The notes below the pieces were generated by a model, which was not told the DNA's origin, did not search any database, and was given only the letters and a program-made list of their open reading frames with translations. DNA of 57,611 bases. It comes from a virus (Duplodnaviria > Caudoviricetes). The stretch covers positions 1-57,611 of the IMG/VR virus record IMGVR_UViG_3300033407_000017; one strand, given 5' to 3'. A program made the position numbers and the translations under genes. Of the stretch, positions 9,565-19,909 are shown one piece after another (positions within the stretch are counted from its first letter, which is position 1; each line of letters starts with the position of its first letter).

Positions 9565-12110
9565 CAGTCCTCAAGTCCCGGGCGTAGCCTTCCAGAGATC
9601 GTTGCTGCACTTCCAATGCAGTAAATCGCCAACCACAACCAAGGAGGTTCACTAGACTCGAAGTACCATTGGGCAGAGTCTTTCATTCTTCCTGTGAGAG
9701 GGTCTCCATCGCTTTGAACTCCTGGGTAGTATCCTGCGAACTGATCTTGTTCTCCCCACGCTACAATCAATCCAAATTCTTGTCCGTCGTGTGTCTCTGG
9801 GTCAAAGTATGAATCCCAAACACCCGTCTCAGTTTCTAGATTATTTCCTACCCAATAATCCATCCACTCTTTTGTTACTGGACGGTCAAATATCCCAACG
9901 GCAAATTGAATGGGAGAGTCAAATGTAAGTTCTGTTTCAACAACTTCTCCGCGCTCACCACACGGGATTTGCAATACATTCCATCCAGCCTGGAGCAGAG
10001 TGCTTGGAATAACACCAGCGTTTGACTCACAATCCCACACGGCTGCTGTGTCAATCACTTCTCTACTTGACTGACCTCTATAGGTGCGTCGCCTTCCTGG
10101 TTGATGCCCTTTGCGATCCCTGTCGATTACGGCAAGGCATGTTATGTAGTCAACCGCACGTTCTGAGACTGTAATTTCTACTGAAAGTTCACTCCAATTG
10201 ACTCGAACTCCAGAGATATGAAGTTTTCTATCCTGCCCTCTGTGATTCTTTAGTACGATATTTTGACCTTCTCTGATTGAGAATCTGGGACCTTCAATGG
10301 GGTCGCTCTTAAGTTTGATGGTTCCAATATAGATTGGATCACCATCTTTGTTCATGATTGATTGAGAAATAGCACGGCCTTGCTCACGAGAAATGTTTTC
10401 ACCGAAATGCTCGTAATGCTCGACACGGAGCACGCTAGGATCCCAGTCAGGGTTGAGGCCGGTGAGTGCGCCTGTTTCTGGATTGAAAGTAAGTCGTTCT
10501 ACTTCTGTCTTTGACGCGAGCGGTGCGACGTAAGAAGACTCGTAGTTGTTTGGGTCGGGGTACTTCGTGTTTCTCCAACGACATTGTTCTTTGTTCACCC
10601 CTTCACCATAGAAAACATTGAACCCCATTGAAAAGTCTCGCCTGAGACTGTGTGTGATGCCGGGGGCACCATTGTAGATCGTCCAGTGCTCTGTGACTTC
10701 ATCTTTCAGGTACAAGACTGGACGGGTTTTAGAAGAATTTAATCCTAATGACCACTGATACGCATCTGCCCCGCCATCGTGCCCGTTTCCACTGAATGTA
10801 GCGCCTCCAAACGCAAAGACAGACCCTGAAGTTGTTGCAATATAGTATCCATCAGTTCCTGATACTAATGAGGCACCAACAAGAAATTCATTTGTCAGGG
10901 TTGGGTTTCCATAGAAGGTTGCGTCTCCGAGGGCGTAGGTGTCTCCATTTCCACGGAAAAGCCAATATCCATCGTCGGTTTGTGTTGGAACTATTGAGAC
11001 GAAGTTTCCTTCTGTTCTTCCACCGTGATATACGGCGTCTCCATACGCAAAAACTGCACCGTGAGAATCAAGAATCCAATAACCGCCTCCCGTGCTTGTG
11101 ACCTTCAGGTCGACAGCGACCTCTCCTGCGGTAATAGATCCAGCAGCACTTCCATGAAAAGAAACTCCCCCGAAAGTGATGACTCCGCCATCTTGTAGCA
11201 ACACCCAATACCCATCCGTCGATGGGTGAGTTTCTATGGCGGTTGCCTCGCTTGTAAATGTTGATGTATTTCCATAGTAAGGTGCATTGAATGCAAATAC
11301 GCCACCGTCTTTTCCTAAAAGGTAATATCCAGTTCCGTTGTACCTAACTGCCATGTCAATGACGTTTCCAACAAGTGAAATGCCTTTCAGCCCTCCGTAA
11401 TATGGCGCCCCTCCAAACGGGATGACATTTCCCTCATGACTTAGAACGTAATATCCCCCATTCGGGTTTGTTTGGATACCAATGCCAATTTCGTTGATAT
11501 TATCCAGAAGGACATAGTTTTGGGCTGCTGACAGCAGCCCCTGAATATATGAGGTCAACAGTTGATCGTAAGAACCACGGTCAGTAACTTGAACTCCAGT
11601 GATATAGTCATTGCTCTGATATGTTTGTAGCGGACCAAGACCAAGGTTGAAGCACCTACCGAGTTCAAGAGAAATTACTTCACCAAGATCTTTGACCCCA
11701 TACCTCACACCTTCGTGAGCACGCTGCCCATAGTTGAGCCCTGGAGTTTTGATGTAAAGATCTGCACCGTAAAGAATTCCTAGACATTGAATTTTTAGTC
11801 CAACAGAGTCTTCCTGAACAAAATCTTCTTCTTCAACAAACTTTCCACGCCATTCTAGGGTTTTAGACCCTGAAGGTGGCACTCGGTAGATAAGGATCTC
11901 TGCACCCTCGGTAAGCCATGATGGCAATGCTTCTAGACTCGTAATCTGAGGAAAGTGGAGTGTTGCAAGAGCATCAGAAAACGGCTCTGTAAATGAATAT
12001 TCTTCCACAAGAGTTTCTACATCTCTGAAGTATGTAACGTCAAGATCGGAGACAATGATCTGATGCCTACCCCAATCCCCTACCGAGACAGTTGTGGGCG
12101 TGTAGGTCAT
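9564..12110 (-). CDS. tail tip/hub protein with an inserted six-repeat domain
   Basis: Large minor tail gene downstream of the tape measure; six GY(W/Y)...G.V..FG repeats. Confidence 0.75.
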   Translation of the reverse strand: MTYTPTTVSVGDWGRHQIIVSDLDVTYFRDVETLVEEYSFTEPFSDALATLHFPQITSLEALPSWLTEGAEILIYRVPPSGSKTLEWRGKFVEEEDFVQEDSVGLKIQCLGILYGADLYIKTPGLNYGQRAHEGVRYGVKDLGEVISLELGRCFNLGLGPLQTYQSNDYITGVQVTDRGSYDQLLTSYIQGLLSAAQNYVLLDNINEIGIGIQTNPNGGYYVLSHEGNVIPFGGAPYYGGLKGISLVGNVIDMAVRYNGTGYYLLGKDGGVFAFNAPYYGNTSTFTSEATAIETHPSTDGYWVLLQDGGVITFGGVSFHGSAAGSITAGEVAVDLKVTSTGGGYWILDSHGAVFAYGDAVYHGGRTEGNFVSIVPTQTDDGYWLFRGNGDTYALGDATFYGNPTLTNEFLVGASLVSGTDGYYIATTSGSVFAFGGATFSGNGHDGGADAYQWSLGLNSSKTRPVLYLKDEVTEHWTIYNGAPGITHSLRRDFSMGFNVFYGEGVNKEQCRWRNTKYPDPNNYESSYVAPLASKTEVERLTFNPETGALTGLNPDWDPSVLRVEHYEHFGENISREQGRAISQSIMNKDGDPIYIGTIKLKSDPIEGPRFSIREGQNIVLKNHRGQDRKLHISGVRVNWSELSVEITVSERAVDYITCLAVIDRDRKGHQPGRRRTYRGQSSREVIDTAAVWDCESNAGVIPSTLLQAGWNVLQIPCGERGEVVETELTFDSPIQFAVGIFDRPVTKEWMDYWVGNNLETETGVWDSYFDPETHDGQEFGLIVAWGEQDQFAGYYPGVQSDGDPLTGRMKDSAQWYFESSEPPWLWLAIYCIGSAATISGRLRPGLED

Positions 12111-13144
12111 TCTGGTCTACCCTTGCTTCCAATGGTAGGAGTTGGCATGACGAATGAAACAGTTTTAACGGGTCTGTGATTCACAGAAGAAGGCAGAGGT
12201 TCTACAGGAATTTCTACGTCAAGACTAGCCATTGCTGAGAATGATATGCTTCCAGTTAATGCCATTGATTCCTCGTCTAGTGCTGAGATAGACGTTGTGA
12301 AAGAAATTGAGGAAGTGATTGAACCAAGAAGAGAGTCTAGTCGAAGATCTAAGTTGTCACCAATTGCTTCAATAGAAGTTTCAGGTTCTAAACTTACGTA
12401 AATAACAAGGTCAAGATCCATCTCCGAAGTGAAAGTAATAGTGGATTCAGGAGCCATTTCAATATACTCTTTTGAAGCAAGATAGTGATCCTGAATTCTT
12501 GACTCACTCAATTCGTGGTCGTAGATGGCTACCTCGTCCATCTTGCCGTTGATCCCGTTCCCGCTGTCATTGGAGATCCCGACCACGAACGGGCGCAGCG
12601 TCGCGCTGGTCGAGATGGCTCGCGAGCCAGACGTGTAGAACAGGCTGTCGATGTAGATGTTCCACGTCCCGGTGTTGTAGTTGAACACGGCATGATGCCA
12701 CGCACCATTTGTGATCGTCGAGCCAGTGAACTGCGTGATTGTGGAACCGCCTCGTATCTGGAATCCATTGAACGGTCCGGTACGTGGGTGAATAGACAGA
12801 CGGCATGTTGTCGAGCCGGTGCCTGTTCGCATCCCAATGAATGTTGCCGCCTGCTCGGTGTCGATAAAGAACCAGAACTCGATAGCGAAGATCCCAGACG
12901 TAATGATCGCGTCGAACTCCCCGGAGCCATTCGCGTGTTGCGCTTTGCCGGACGAGCCATCGAAGTCGACAGCGCCGTCGTCCTCGCCACTGGCATTGAT
13001 TGCCCCGGCGACGTTCTGAGTGTACCCGCCAGACAAGGTGAGGTCGAGAGAACCAATCTCATCGGCGAGATTAGTTCCAGAATCCTCACCCATTCTCCAA
13101 TAAGCAGATGGAGAGTCGGCGATTACTTCGTCGTAGTACGTCAT
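12107..13144 (-). CDS. LamG/concanavalin-like tail protein
   Basis: YYDEVIADSPSAYWRMGE, AIEFWF, GAWHHAV, NGKMDEVAIYDHELS..RIQDHY. Confidence 0.85.
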   Translation of the reverse strand: MTYYDEVIADSPSAYWRMGEDSGTNLADEIGSLDLTLSGGYTQNVAGAINASGEDDGAVDFDGSSGKAQHANGSGEFDAIITSGIFAIEFWFFIDTEQAATFIGMRTGTGSTTCRLSIHPRTGPFNGFQIRGGSTITQFTGSTITNGAWHHAVFNYNTGTWNIYIDSLFYTSGSRAISTSATLRPFVVGISNDSGNGINGKMDEVAIYDHELSESRIQDHYLASKEYIEMAPESTITFTSEMDLDLVIYVSLEPETSIEAIGDNLDLRLDSLLGSITSSISFTTSISALDEESMALTGSISFSAMASLDVEIPVEPLPSSVNHRPVKTVSFVMPTPTIGSKGRPE

Positions 13145-13557
13145 CAGTCCGCAATAATGCTAAGTTCGCCAGCAAGTATTCTCGGTGTTGTACCAGAGAG
13201 AACAGTTTTCGGAGTTACCAACGAACCATATACGATAAGGTTCGTTGCGCTCGCAGCATTGGTTACATGATTTAGAATTCCCCAATGAGTTACGTCAGCA
13301 GGATAGTTACCCGTTGCCTCTGGGAATACTACGTCTGCTCCGTTCGTTTTCTCTCCAGAAGCAGCATTGGGGAAGTTGGTAGCGTTGTTTGTCACTCCAA
13401 CACGAGCGTACCCAGCGCCAGTGACCTCCGTCCCGCCCCCGGTGTCGCTCGGGGTGGCTGTGAAGAGGGCGTAATAGACCGTAGCATCTGGAGTGAATCC
13501 CTGACCAAGAATTGCATCTAGTACGTTGTTTTCGTATTGGTTCCCGAGAGACATCAA
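13144..13557 (-). CDS. minor tail protein
   Basis: YYALFTATPSDTGGGTEVTGAGYARV, FP.AT..Y...THWGI. Confidence 0.8.
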   Translation of the reverse strand: MMSLGNQYENNVLDAILGQGFTPDATVYYALFTATPSDTGGGTEVTGAGYARVGVTNNATNFPNAASGEKTNGADVVFPEATGNYPADVTHWGILNHVTNAASATNLIVYGSLVTPKTVLSGTTPRILAGELSIIAD

Positions 13558-13563
13558 AACTCC

Positions 13564-14013
13564 TTAGATCGGACCAGCAACCGGGACCGGATATTTAGGA
13601 ATAATGAACCTATAGACCTGAAGTTTGCTCATCATGTGGAATTTCTCATAGTCATTGTCTGCTGGCCCGTAGTCTGCCGGTTGACAAGTCCAGGTTGAAT
13701 CCATACCTTCGATCGTCAAAGTGAACTGAAACTCAAATTGCTCCATCGCACGGAGGAGCGTGTCAAGATTTGTTTCTAGAACAGCAAACGAAGAACCCTT
13801 CACTTTCACCAATAGTGAGACTGAACTAGTTTCTTTCAATGCTTGAATCAGATACTCACCGTCTGTGAATGGGCTTCTGATGGACTCACGTCGCCACGTC
13901 GTTTCTCCTGGACCGGCAGAAACGATCTTGTAGGCAGTCCCGTCGTTGATTGAGAGCGGAGAAAGGCTTAGCGAGGTTCTGTCAATAGAAGCAGTAATGG
14001 CAAGGTCAGCCAC
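13564..14013 (-). CDS. distal tail (Dit)-like protein
   Basis: Directly after the tape measure; SPFTDG motif; size. Confidence 0.55.
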   Translation of the reverse strand: MADLAITASIDRTSLSLSPLSINDGTAYKIVSAGPGETTWRRESIRSPFTDGEYLIQALKETSSVSLLVKVKGSSFAVLETNLDTLLRAMEQFEFQFTLTIEGMDSTWTCQPADYGPADNDYEKFHMMSKLQVYRFIIPKYPVPVAGPI

Positions 14014-17000
14014 GGGTCAATGCCTCCTGGCGACGACGCTTTCTTGCATAGTTCTCAGCATCTTCCAGAGAAACTCCTGTAATATTTCCATGGAAGTGGA
14101 AGTGATCTTCTTTCTTGACCTGGGAAACTCGTGGCTGAGTTCCACTTACTCTTGTCGGGATTGTAGAAGCTCCGTAGAACCCACCCATCTGACGAGAGAC
14201 CATATCATAACCGAACATTCTTGCAACAGAGAAAAGAAGTCTTGTTGACTTATTTCTCTTTGACATTCCGAGAGGAATGTATGCTTCGCCACCAGTCTCA
14301 GGCTCTCCGAACACTCTTAGAGTTCTCGTGATAAATGGCTCGTGATGTTCACCACCATCTGCATTTCTAATAACTCTCGGAGGTCTTCTGTGAGGAGTGT
14401 TTCTATTTCCAGGAACACGATCTTCAAATCTGATAGGAATACTTGCCCCACGCTCTTCAATAGCCCTGATATCTTCTATAATTCTGTCATACTCAGAGTC
14501 CCACTGAGTTGTGTCAGCCTCAATAGAAATCCCAGCACCATCACTATCAAGTTCATTAACCTCTCTTCTTGCGTCTTCTGCATTTTCATAGAAGTGAGCA
14601 ATCTTGTTCTCATCAAACTTGACAACGATATGTTCTGCTGCAACCCCATTGAGATCAGCAATCCACTGTTTTGTTGCGTCCATAGCAGCCTGGTCACCCA
14701 GAACACTGACAATGGAGAAAACTTCGCTAGGTACAAGCCCCATGAGAGATGCATATTCAACGATCTTTGTCCCGGCCTCTTCTGTTCCGAGAACAGAAGC
14801 AACTACATCAAGACCAAACTGCCAACGGTTAACGGCGTCCGGGTCGTCTTCCAAAGCACCCATCAGGATTGTGCTGATCATGTCCATCTGGGCAGTTTCA
14901 GTAGTTACCTTGATGAGAGCAGGAATCTCAGAGTCCTGAACAATATCCTTTCCAATGCCACTTCCTTCAATGGCACGCTGGAACATTTCATTGATCGTGT
15001 CTGAGGATATTGCCTCTTCTGGATGTTCACGCATGTAAAGCCCAATGACGCGAGCCATTGTCTGGGCAACTTCTGTACCAAATTTCTGACCGATGTGTCT
15101 CTTCAACCAACCGGGGTCTGTTTGTTCAAACTTCTCTGAGAGCGCAGTTGTCCAGGTTAGATAGAAGTTATCTGCTGCTTCCTGGGAAGCACCACGTACT
15201 GACCCAGGGTCGAAGGAGAGCTCAATAGAATCAAACCCAAACTCTTCTTTAATTCTTGCAATCTCTTCGTTTGGAATGTTTAGCCTGGTAGCAATCTCCT
15301 GAGTGGTGTCAAGTCCGGCGTCTTGCCACATGACTTGCTGAATTTTCATTGCCAGAGGAAGATCTTGTACGAGTTGATCACTTGCCTCCGGTGACGTTGC
15401 TCTGGCCACAAGCCGAGCCATTCCAATTGCACGAAGTTGCAATTCACTAAGCAAAGTTTCAGCATTTGAAATTAGTGTTTGGTATTTTCCTTCAGTGTCA
15501 TTGATGATGGTGTCAAGGAATCTACTTGCTTCTCTCGGACCAGCCTCCAACAGTTTGGCAATGAACCCAGGGTCATACCCTTGTTCAATAGCCGTATTGA
15601 TATTTGACAAGAACTTCCCGGTGTCCTCAGCAGCCTCCAGGTAAAACTCACGAAGTTTCTCAAATGAGAATTCTTCTACATCTGTGATCTCGCCAAGTTT
15701 GCTAGCCGCTTCACTTCTCTTGTCTAGAAGTTCGTCAACCGCTGAAGAAGGAGCACCAGCACCTAGGTTTGCGATCTCAGCGTCAATTTCAGAGATCTCA
15801 CCCCTAATCTTCCTTGCTTCCTCTGAGGCCCGAGCCCGGTCTTCGTCTGCTTGTTCAAAGAACTTGTTACTAAATTCATCAATTGGATCGAACTCATTGA
15901 ACGCACCAGAGACATTGTCTAGGAATTTCTCAGTGGCCTTCTCAAGATCTTCAAGATAAGTTTGGTATTCCTCAGAAGTTTTTTCAAGGACGTCTGGCAT
16001 ACCACCGATCTTTGCAATAAGTTCTTGAATTCTAGCACTAACCTGAGCCATTGCTTTTTCGCCCTCTTGCCCACCGGCAAACAGATCAACGCCCAGAGAA
16101 CGAGCAACCGCCATTACCTGGGAATTCGTGAACTTCAATTCCTTACCAAGACGTTCTCCCTTTGCGGTCATGTCAAGGAAGACTCGGCTACTTACTCGTT
16201 GCCCAGCGTCCCCCATTGCCGCCTGACGTTTTCTAAGTTCTCCCAAGAGACCCGCATACTCTCCAGCAGCCTCGGCAGTATTCAACAAAGCGTTTTCATC
16301 AAACGGATTCACCCACTCAAAGGCAGCCTGAGCCCCGAGACCAATCTTACCCCAGAATCCATCAGCCCGTGCAGCCCAATCGGCATGTGAATTCATAGTC
16401 TCTCTAAGTTTGAATTCTACAGCCTCTGCTCCATGCACAACTCCTTCTAGCGAAGTTACATCAATCTTTGATTCAATTTCTTTTCTTAGTTCCTTCGCCT
16501 GATCTCTGGCCTTGTCAATATGCCCTCTGACCATGTCCAAAACAAAATCATAAATCAGCCAACTCGCTACCGCTTTGCCACCCATTGAAGCGAGCCTGAC
16601 AAACATTCTCATTCCAGTTGTAAGACCTGGAATCTTTCTTACTGCTGCGGCAATTGTTCCCCCAAAGAACTTTAGAATTGAACCATTGGCTCTGTTGAGT
16701 TGAGTAGCAAGAAATCCAGTTCCAACTCCGGCAACCCGTGTCGCGGCGGCATACTTGTTCAGCCCAGCCGCCCCAATCGCACCAGCAGTCTTCCCTGCAA
16801 TTCCAACACGATTGATACTTGCACTCGTGGCTTTTGCCGAGGCACTAGCAGCAAGCAATCTCTTAGAGAAGAAATTAACTCCACCTGCGGCCAGTTTGAA
16901 TGCATAACTCATGAGAACAAACCGACCGAGCAATAGCAAGATCAGACCAACAAATCCAAAGAATGTTGTTCCTAGAACTGACATTACTGTCAGAAGAACC

Positions 17001-18193
17001 TTTACCGGAGCAGGAATTCTATCAATCGCATTTGCAAGTAGTGTAACGAATCTTGCCGCTACCTTCACTGGAGGCAAGAGGTATGAAGTAAATGTGATCG
17101 CAGCACCCTTCAGTGCATTTTTCATCATCTGAAGAGTTACCGTAGTTCCCTCAGACTGTGCGTTGAACGCCTTCTGGGTTGCGTTCATTCTTCCAGTCTT
17201 GTCAGAGATCAACTCTGCGGTCTCTGCGTAGTTCTGACCACCAGAAGTGAACAGTGAGAGAATGCCTCGTGCTGCACGAATCTCATCAAATAGTTCAACA
17301 GCCTCCTCAGCACCGCCTCCAGTTACGATCCTAAGTTTGTCAACAGCACCTTCCAGACCAAGGATCTGAACCATTGACAATCCTGATTCATAACCTAGTT
17401 CTCTTACAACTGCATTTAGTCTTTCAGAAGGCTCAATGAAAGCCTGGAGCATCCTGGCGAGCGATGTGCTGGCCTCGGCCGGTTGCAAACCGGCACGAGT
17501 CATCGCCGCCAGGGCGGCAGCAGCGTCTTCAACGGGGACCTTCGCAGCGGCAGCCATTCCAATCCAGTCGCCGATGCCAGTTGCCAGTTCTTCAAAGGTG
17601 ATGATACCGGCGTTGACGGTTTGGAAAAGAATGTCAGAGACTTGAGTAGCGGTGTAAGCACCTTCCCCATACGCCTTGAGAACGGCAACGATTGCATTTC
17701 CAGCAGTAACGACATTCGTTAAACCAGCCGAAGCGGCGAGAGCGGAGTCGTCAAGAACATCAAGCCCTTCAGAAGCATCAAATCCTGCTGATACGATCTG
17801 GTAGAGAGCATCGGCAGACTCTTCAAGGGGCTGTGGGAATTTTCTAGCAGCAGAAAGAGTTTTGACGAAAAGATTATTGAACGGACCAGCCCCGAGTTGA
17901 ACAACGGAATTTACATTCCTCATCCGTTGTTCGAACTGAGCCGCTTCTCTTGTTAGAAGGCCAATGCTGGCCGCAGAAGCAGCGGATCTAATTGTTAGAG
18001 ATCTACCCGCTTTCTGAGTTTGCTCAAGAGATTTTCTGAACAAACTGAGACCGGCTTCTGCACCGGCCACAGCACTTCTCTGAACGAATGCAAAAGTAGA
18101 TCCAAACTTCTGAAGGGTAGTATCAGCCCTGCCAATGTCAGAAATGAATTGTCCAACATCTGCTTTAACTGCGACCCTGATGATCTCGTTCAA
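14006..18193 (-). CDS. tape measure protein (TP901-like core)
   Basis: 1395 aa, Ala-rich; ALYQIVSAG, DILFQTVNAG.ITFEELA; C-terminal FGEPETGGEAYIPL. Confidence 0.95.
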   Translation of the reverse strand: MNEIIRVAVKADVGQFISDIGRADTTLQKFGSTFAFVQRSAVAGAEAGLSLFRKSLEQTQKAGRSLTIRSAASAASIGLLTREAAQFEQRMRNVNSVVQLGAGPFNNLFVKTLSAARKFPQPLEESADALYQIVSAGFDASEGLDVLDDSALAASAGLTNVVTAGNAIVAVLKAYGEGAYTATQVSDILFQTVNAGIITFEELATGIGDWIGMAAAAKVPVEDAAAALAAMTRAGLQPAEASTSLARMLQAFIEPSERLNAVVRELGYESGLSMVQILGLEGAVDKLRIVTGGGAEEAVELFDEIRAARGILSLFTSGGQNYAETAELISDKTGRMNATQKAFNAQSEGTTVTLQMMKNALKGAAITFTSYLLPPVKVAARFVTLLANAIDRIPAPVKVLLTVMSVLGTTFFGFVGLILLLLGRFVLMSYAFKLAAGGVNFFSKRLLAASASAKATSASINRVGIAGKTAGAIGAAGLNKYAAATRVAGVGTGFLATQLNRANGSILKFFGGTIAAAVRKIPGLTTGMRMFVRLASMGGKAVASWLIYDFVLDMVRGHIDKARDQAKELRKEIESKIDVTSLEGVVHGAEAVEFKLRETMNSHADWAARADGFWGKIGLGAQAAFEWVNPFDENALLNTAEAAGEYAGLLGELRKRQAAMGDAGQRVSSRVFLDMTAKGERLGKELKFTNSQVMAVARSLGVDLFAGGQEGEKAMAQVSARIQELIAKIGGMPDVLEKTSEEYQTYLEDLEKATEKFLDNVSGAFNEFDPIDEFSNKFFEQADEDRARASEEARKIRGEISEIDAEIANLGAGAPSSAVDELLDKRSEAASKLGEITDVEEFSFEKLREFYLEAAEDTGKFLSNINTAIEQGYDPGFIAKLLEAGPREASRFLDTIINDTEGKYQTLISNAETLLSELQLRAIGMARLVARATSPEASDQLVQDLPLAMKIQQVMWQDAGLDTTQEIATRLNIPNEEIARIKEEFGFDSIELSFDPGSVRGASQEAADNFYLTWTTALSEKFEQTDPGWLKRHIGQKFGTEVAQTMARVIGLYMREHPEEAISSDTINEMFQRAIEGSGIGKDIVQDSEIPALIKVTTETAQMDMISTILMGALEDDPDAVNRWQFGLDVVASVLGTEEAGTKIVEYASLMGLVPSEVFSIVSVLGDQAAMDATKQWIADLNGVAAEHIVVKFDENKIAHFYENAEDARREVNELDSDGAGISIEADTTQWDSEYDRIIEDIRAIEERGASIPIRFEDRVPGNRNTPHRRPPRVIRNADGGEHHEPFITRTLRVFGEPETGGEAYIPLGMSKRNKSTRLLFSVARMFGYDMVSRQMGGFYGASTIPTRVSGTQPRVSQVKKEDHFHFHGNITGVSLEDAENYARKRRRQEALTRG

Positions 18194-18196
18194 TTC

Positions 18197-18520
18197 TTAC
18201 TCGCCCTCTGCTGGATCCTTCTCTGAAGGAGGACCTTCGGCAAGATATACATTGAATCCAGTCAATTTCTTTACGTCTTGCCTGATGAACTCTCGCAACT
18301 CTTCAAGTGTAACGCACCCATAGCATCTGCTTGATGCCGCATGGTACGGGGGTGGATCCATGCGTCTTCCCTCGTCGTCAAGCCACTCGTCAGGGTAAGT
18401 AAGGCAATGTGGACATCTGAATCTTTGGTCGAGCATCCACGAGATTGCCTTGTCTTGATCATCCTCGTCCCATTCAAGAAATTTACTGTGTGGGATTCCT
18501 GCTGGACCACAGTAGTCCAT
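18197..18520 (-). CDS. tail assembly chaperone, frameshifted part (gpT-like)
   Basis: -1 frame is open from the slippery site (RIRLDPQLRIEMDYC); GIPHSKFL.W...DQDKA, CPHC. Confidence 0.8.
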   Translation of the reverse strand: MDYCGPAGIPHSKFLEWDEDDQDKAISWMLDQRFRCPHCLTYPDEWLDDEGRRMDPPPYHAASSRCYGCVTLEELREFIRQDVKKLTGFNVYLAEGPPSEKDPAEGE

Positions 18521-18546
18521 TTCAATTCTAAGTTGTGGATCCAGCC

Positions 18547-19080
18547 TTATCCTTTTCCCTGTGGAATTACCCTTCTTTTTGTATTGGATTCCAAAGCCGC
18601 TTCAAAAAGAGATGCAAGTTCTGAATCATTCCAGTCAGGACTATCCCATGCCTCTGAGATATCAAAGTCTTCTGGATACATTAGAGAAGCCTTGCAAAGA
18701 GCAGGTGCGAATGTCTCTGGGTTCCAACTGATCTTTTTAGGGTCTTCTCCAGCATCACGGATTTTCTTTTCTACTTCTGGAGTTAGAGGGTGGTCATTGA
18801 TGAGCACATCAAATGCTTTTCGACCAATAGACCGGAACTTGAAGATCAATGAATTGTTTCGAAGTCGCTCTCTGATCTCTTTTTCTTCCCCTACGAGTTC
18901 ATCATATCTTGCAGAAAGAATCTCATTCTTTGGATCTGCCATCAACCTGAGTCGTGTCAGAGCAAGTTCTTCTCTTACCTGATCATATTCGTCAGAGATT
19001 TCTTCGTCGTTGGCAATGTAAACAGTTCTTACTGACGGATTCTTCTTACCTGGACGAAAGTCTTGTGGCTGAGCAACCAT
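18547..19080 (-). CDS. tail assembly chaperone (gpG-like)
   Basis: FRSIGRKAFD.LI..HP, WNPETFAPAL; AGGAG before ATG 19080. Confidence 0.85.
   Translation of the reverse strand: MVAQPQDFRPGKKNPSVRTVYIANDEEISDEYDQVREELALTRLRLMADPKNEILSARYDELVGEEKEIRERLRNNSLIFKFRSIGRKAFDVLINDHPLTPEVEKKIRDAGEDPKKISWNPETFAPALCKASLMYPEDFDISEAWDSPDWNDSELASLFEAALESNTKRRVIPQGKG
18553..18559 (-). other. -1 frameshift slippery site GGGAAAA
   Basis: G GGA AAA near the chaperone 3' end; a -1 shift joins 18197..18520. Confidence 0.85.
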
Positions 19081-19099
19081 TGTTCTCCTATTGTCTCGA

Positions 19100-19138
19100 A
19101 AAGAATGCGGGGCCAGCATCTCTCACTGGCCCCGCATC
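19100..19138 (-). terminator. intrinsic terminator after the major tail gene
   Basis: ATGCGGGGCCAG...CTGGCCCCGCAT then TCTTTT on the - strand. Confidence 0.7.
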
Positions 19139-19171
19139 CTACTCGCAGAGCGACCACTCGCTCCGCTATGG

Positions 19172-19651
19172 CTACGTTAGCGTGACTTCGAAGGCTGGCT
19201 CCTCAGTCAAAGCAAAAGCAACGCGGTACATGGCTGCTTCATTACCAGCCGTGTACGTCTTGGCATTCGAGGAAACTGTCGCAGGCCAAACGTCGGCATC
19301 ATCACCGATAGCCGGAGTTGCACCAGCAATACCGGAATAGAAGATGACCATGTAACCAACGTCATCCTTCGGCAATGCGGCACGAATAGCATCCGTGCCC
19401 TTCCTCTGATAGAACACAAGTGAGGAATCCTCAGTTGTGTCCTCGCCTGGGATCTGAGACACGAATCTTGTATCCATGTCCGGAGTCTGAATCGGGTTGT
19501 TCGTGAACGAGAACCCGTTGACCTCCGAAATCTCAGGCGTGACATCAACGCCAGCGTTCACTTCTGCCGTTGTTGGAATCAGCCCTGAGTCGGCAATGGT
19601 GGGAACCCAGAAAAACTTCGTGGTTCCCTTACGCATGAACCTATCAGGCAC
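19172..19651 (-). CDS. major tail tube protein
   Basis: WVPTIAD...PT.AE.NAG.D, TPDM..RF...IPG; AAGGAGG RBS. Confidence 0.9.
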   Translation of the reverse strand: MPDRFMRKGTTKFFWVPTIADSGLIPTTAEVNAGVDVTPEISEVNGFSFTNNPIQTPDMDTRFVSQIPGEDTTEDSSLVFYQRKGTDAIRAALPKDDVGYMVIFYSGIAGATPAIGDDADVWPATVSSNAKTYTAGNEAAMYRVAFALTEEPAFEVTLT

Positions 19652-19692
19652 GCTACTATGCCTCCTTCGTTAGATTCGTTTATGTTTCCGAC

Positions 19693-19908
19693 TCAATCGT
19701 CGGTGGGGTCGTCCGATAAGTCCAGGAGGTCACTCTCTACCTCATCAGACCCCGTGGCGGTCTCGGGGGCTTCATCCGCCTGTTCCGAGGGGGTTCCGGC
19801 GTCTTCAACCCATCCTCGGTGTTTGTAAACCTTCTCAAAAGCGTCTCGCGTTGTCTCGAAGGATGAATTTGTATCTTCGTTTCTAATTGTAATTCTTTCC
19901 TTTGCCAT
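19693..19908 (-). CDS. small neck-region protein
   Basis: AFE.VY..RGW motif, acidic tail, operon position. Confidence 0.6.
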   Translation of the reverse strand: MAKERITIRNEDTNSSFETTRDAFEKVYKHRGWVEDAGTPSEQADEAPETATGSDEVESDLLDLSDDPTDD

Positions 19909-19909
19909 C

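Noticed and set aside
8572-13144. Diversity-generating retroelement acting on tail genes
   Set aside because: No reverse transcriptase and no adenine-mismatched repeat pair noticed; not excluded outside the window.
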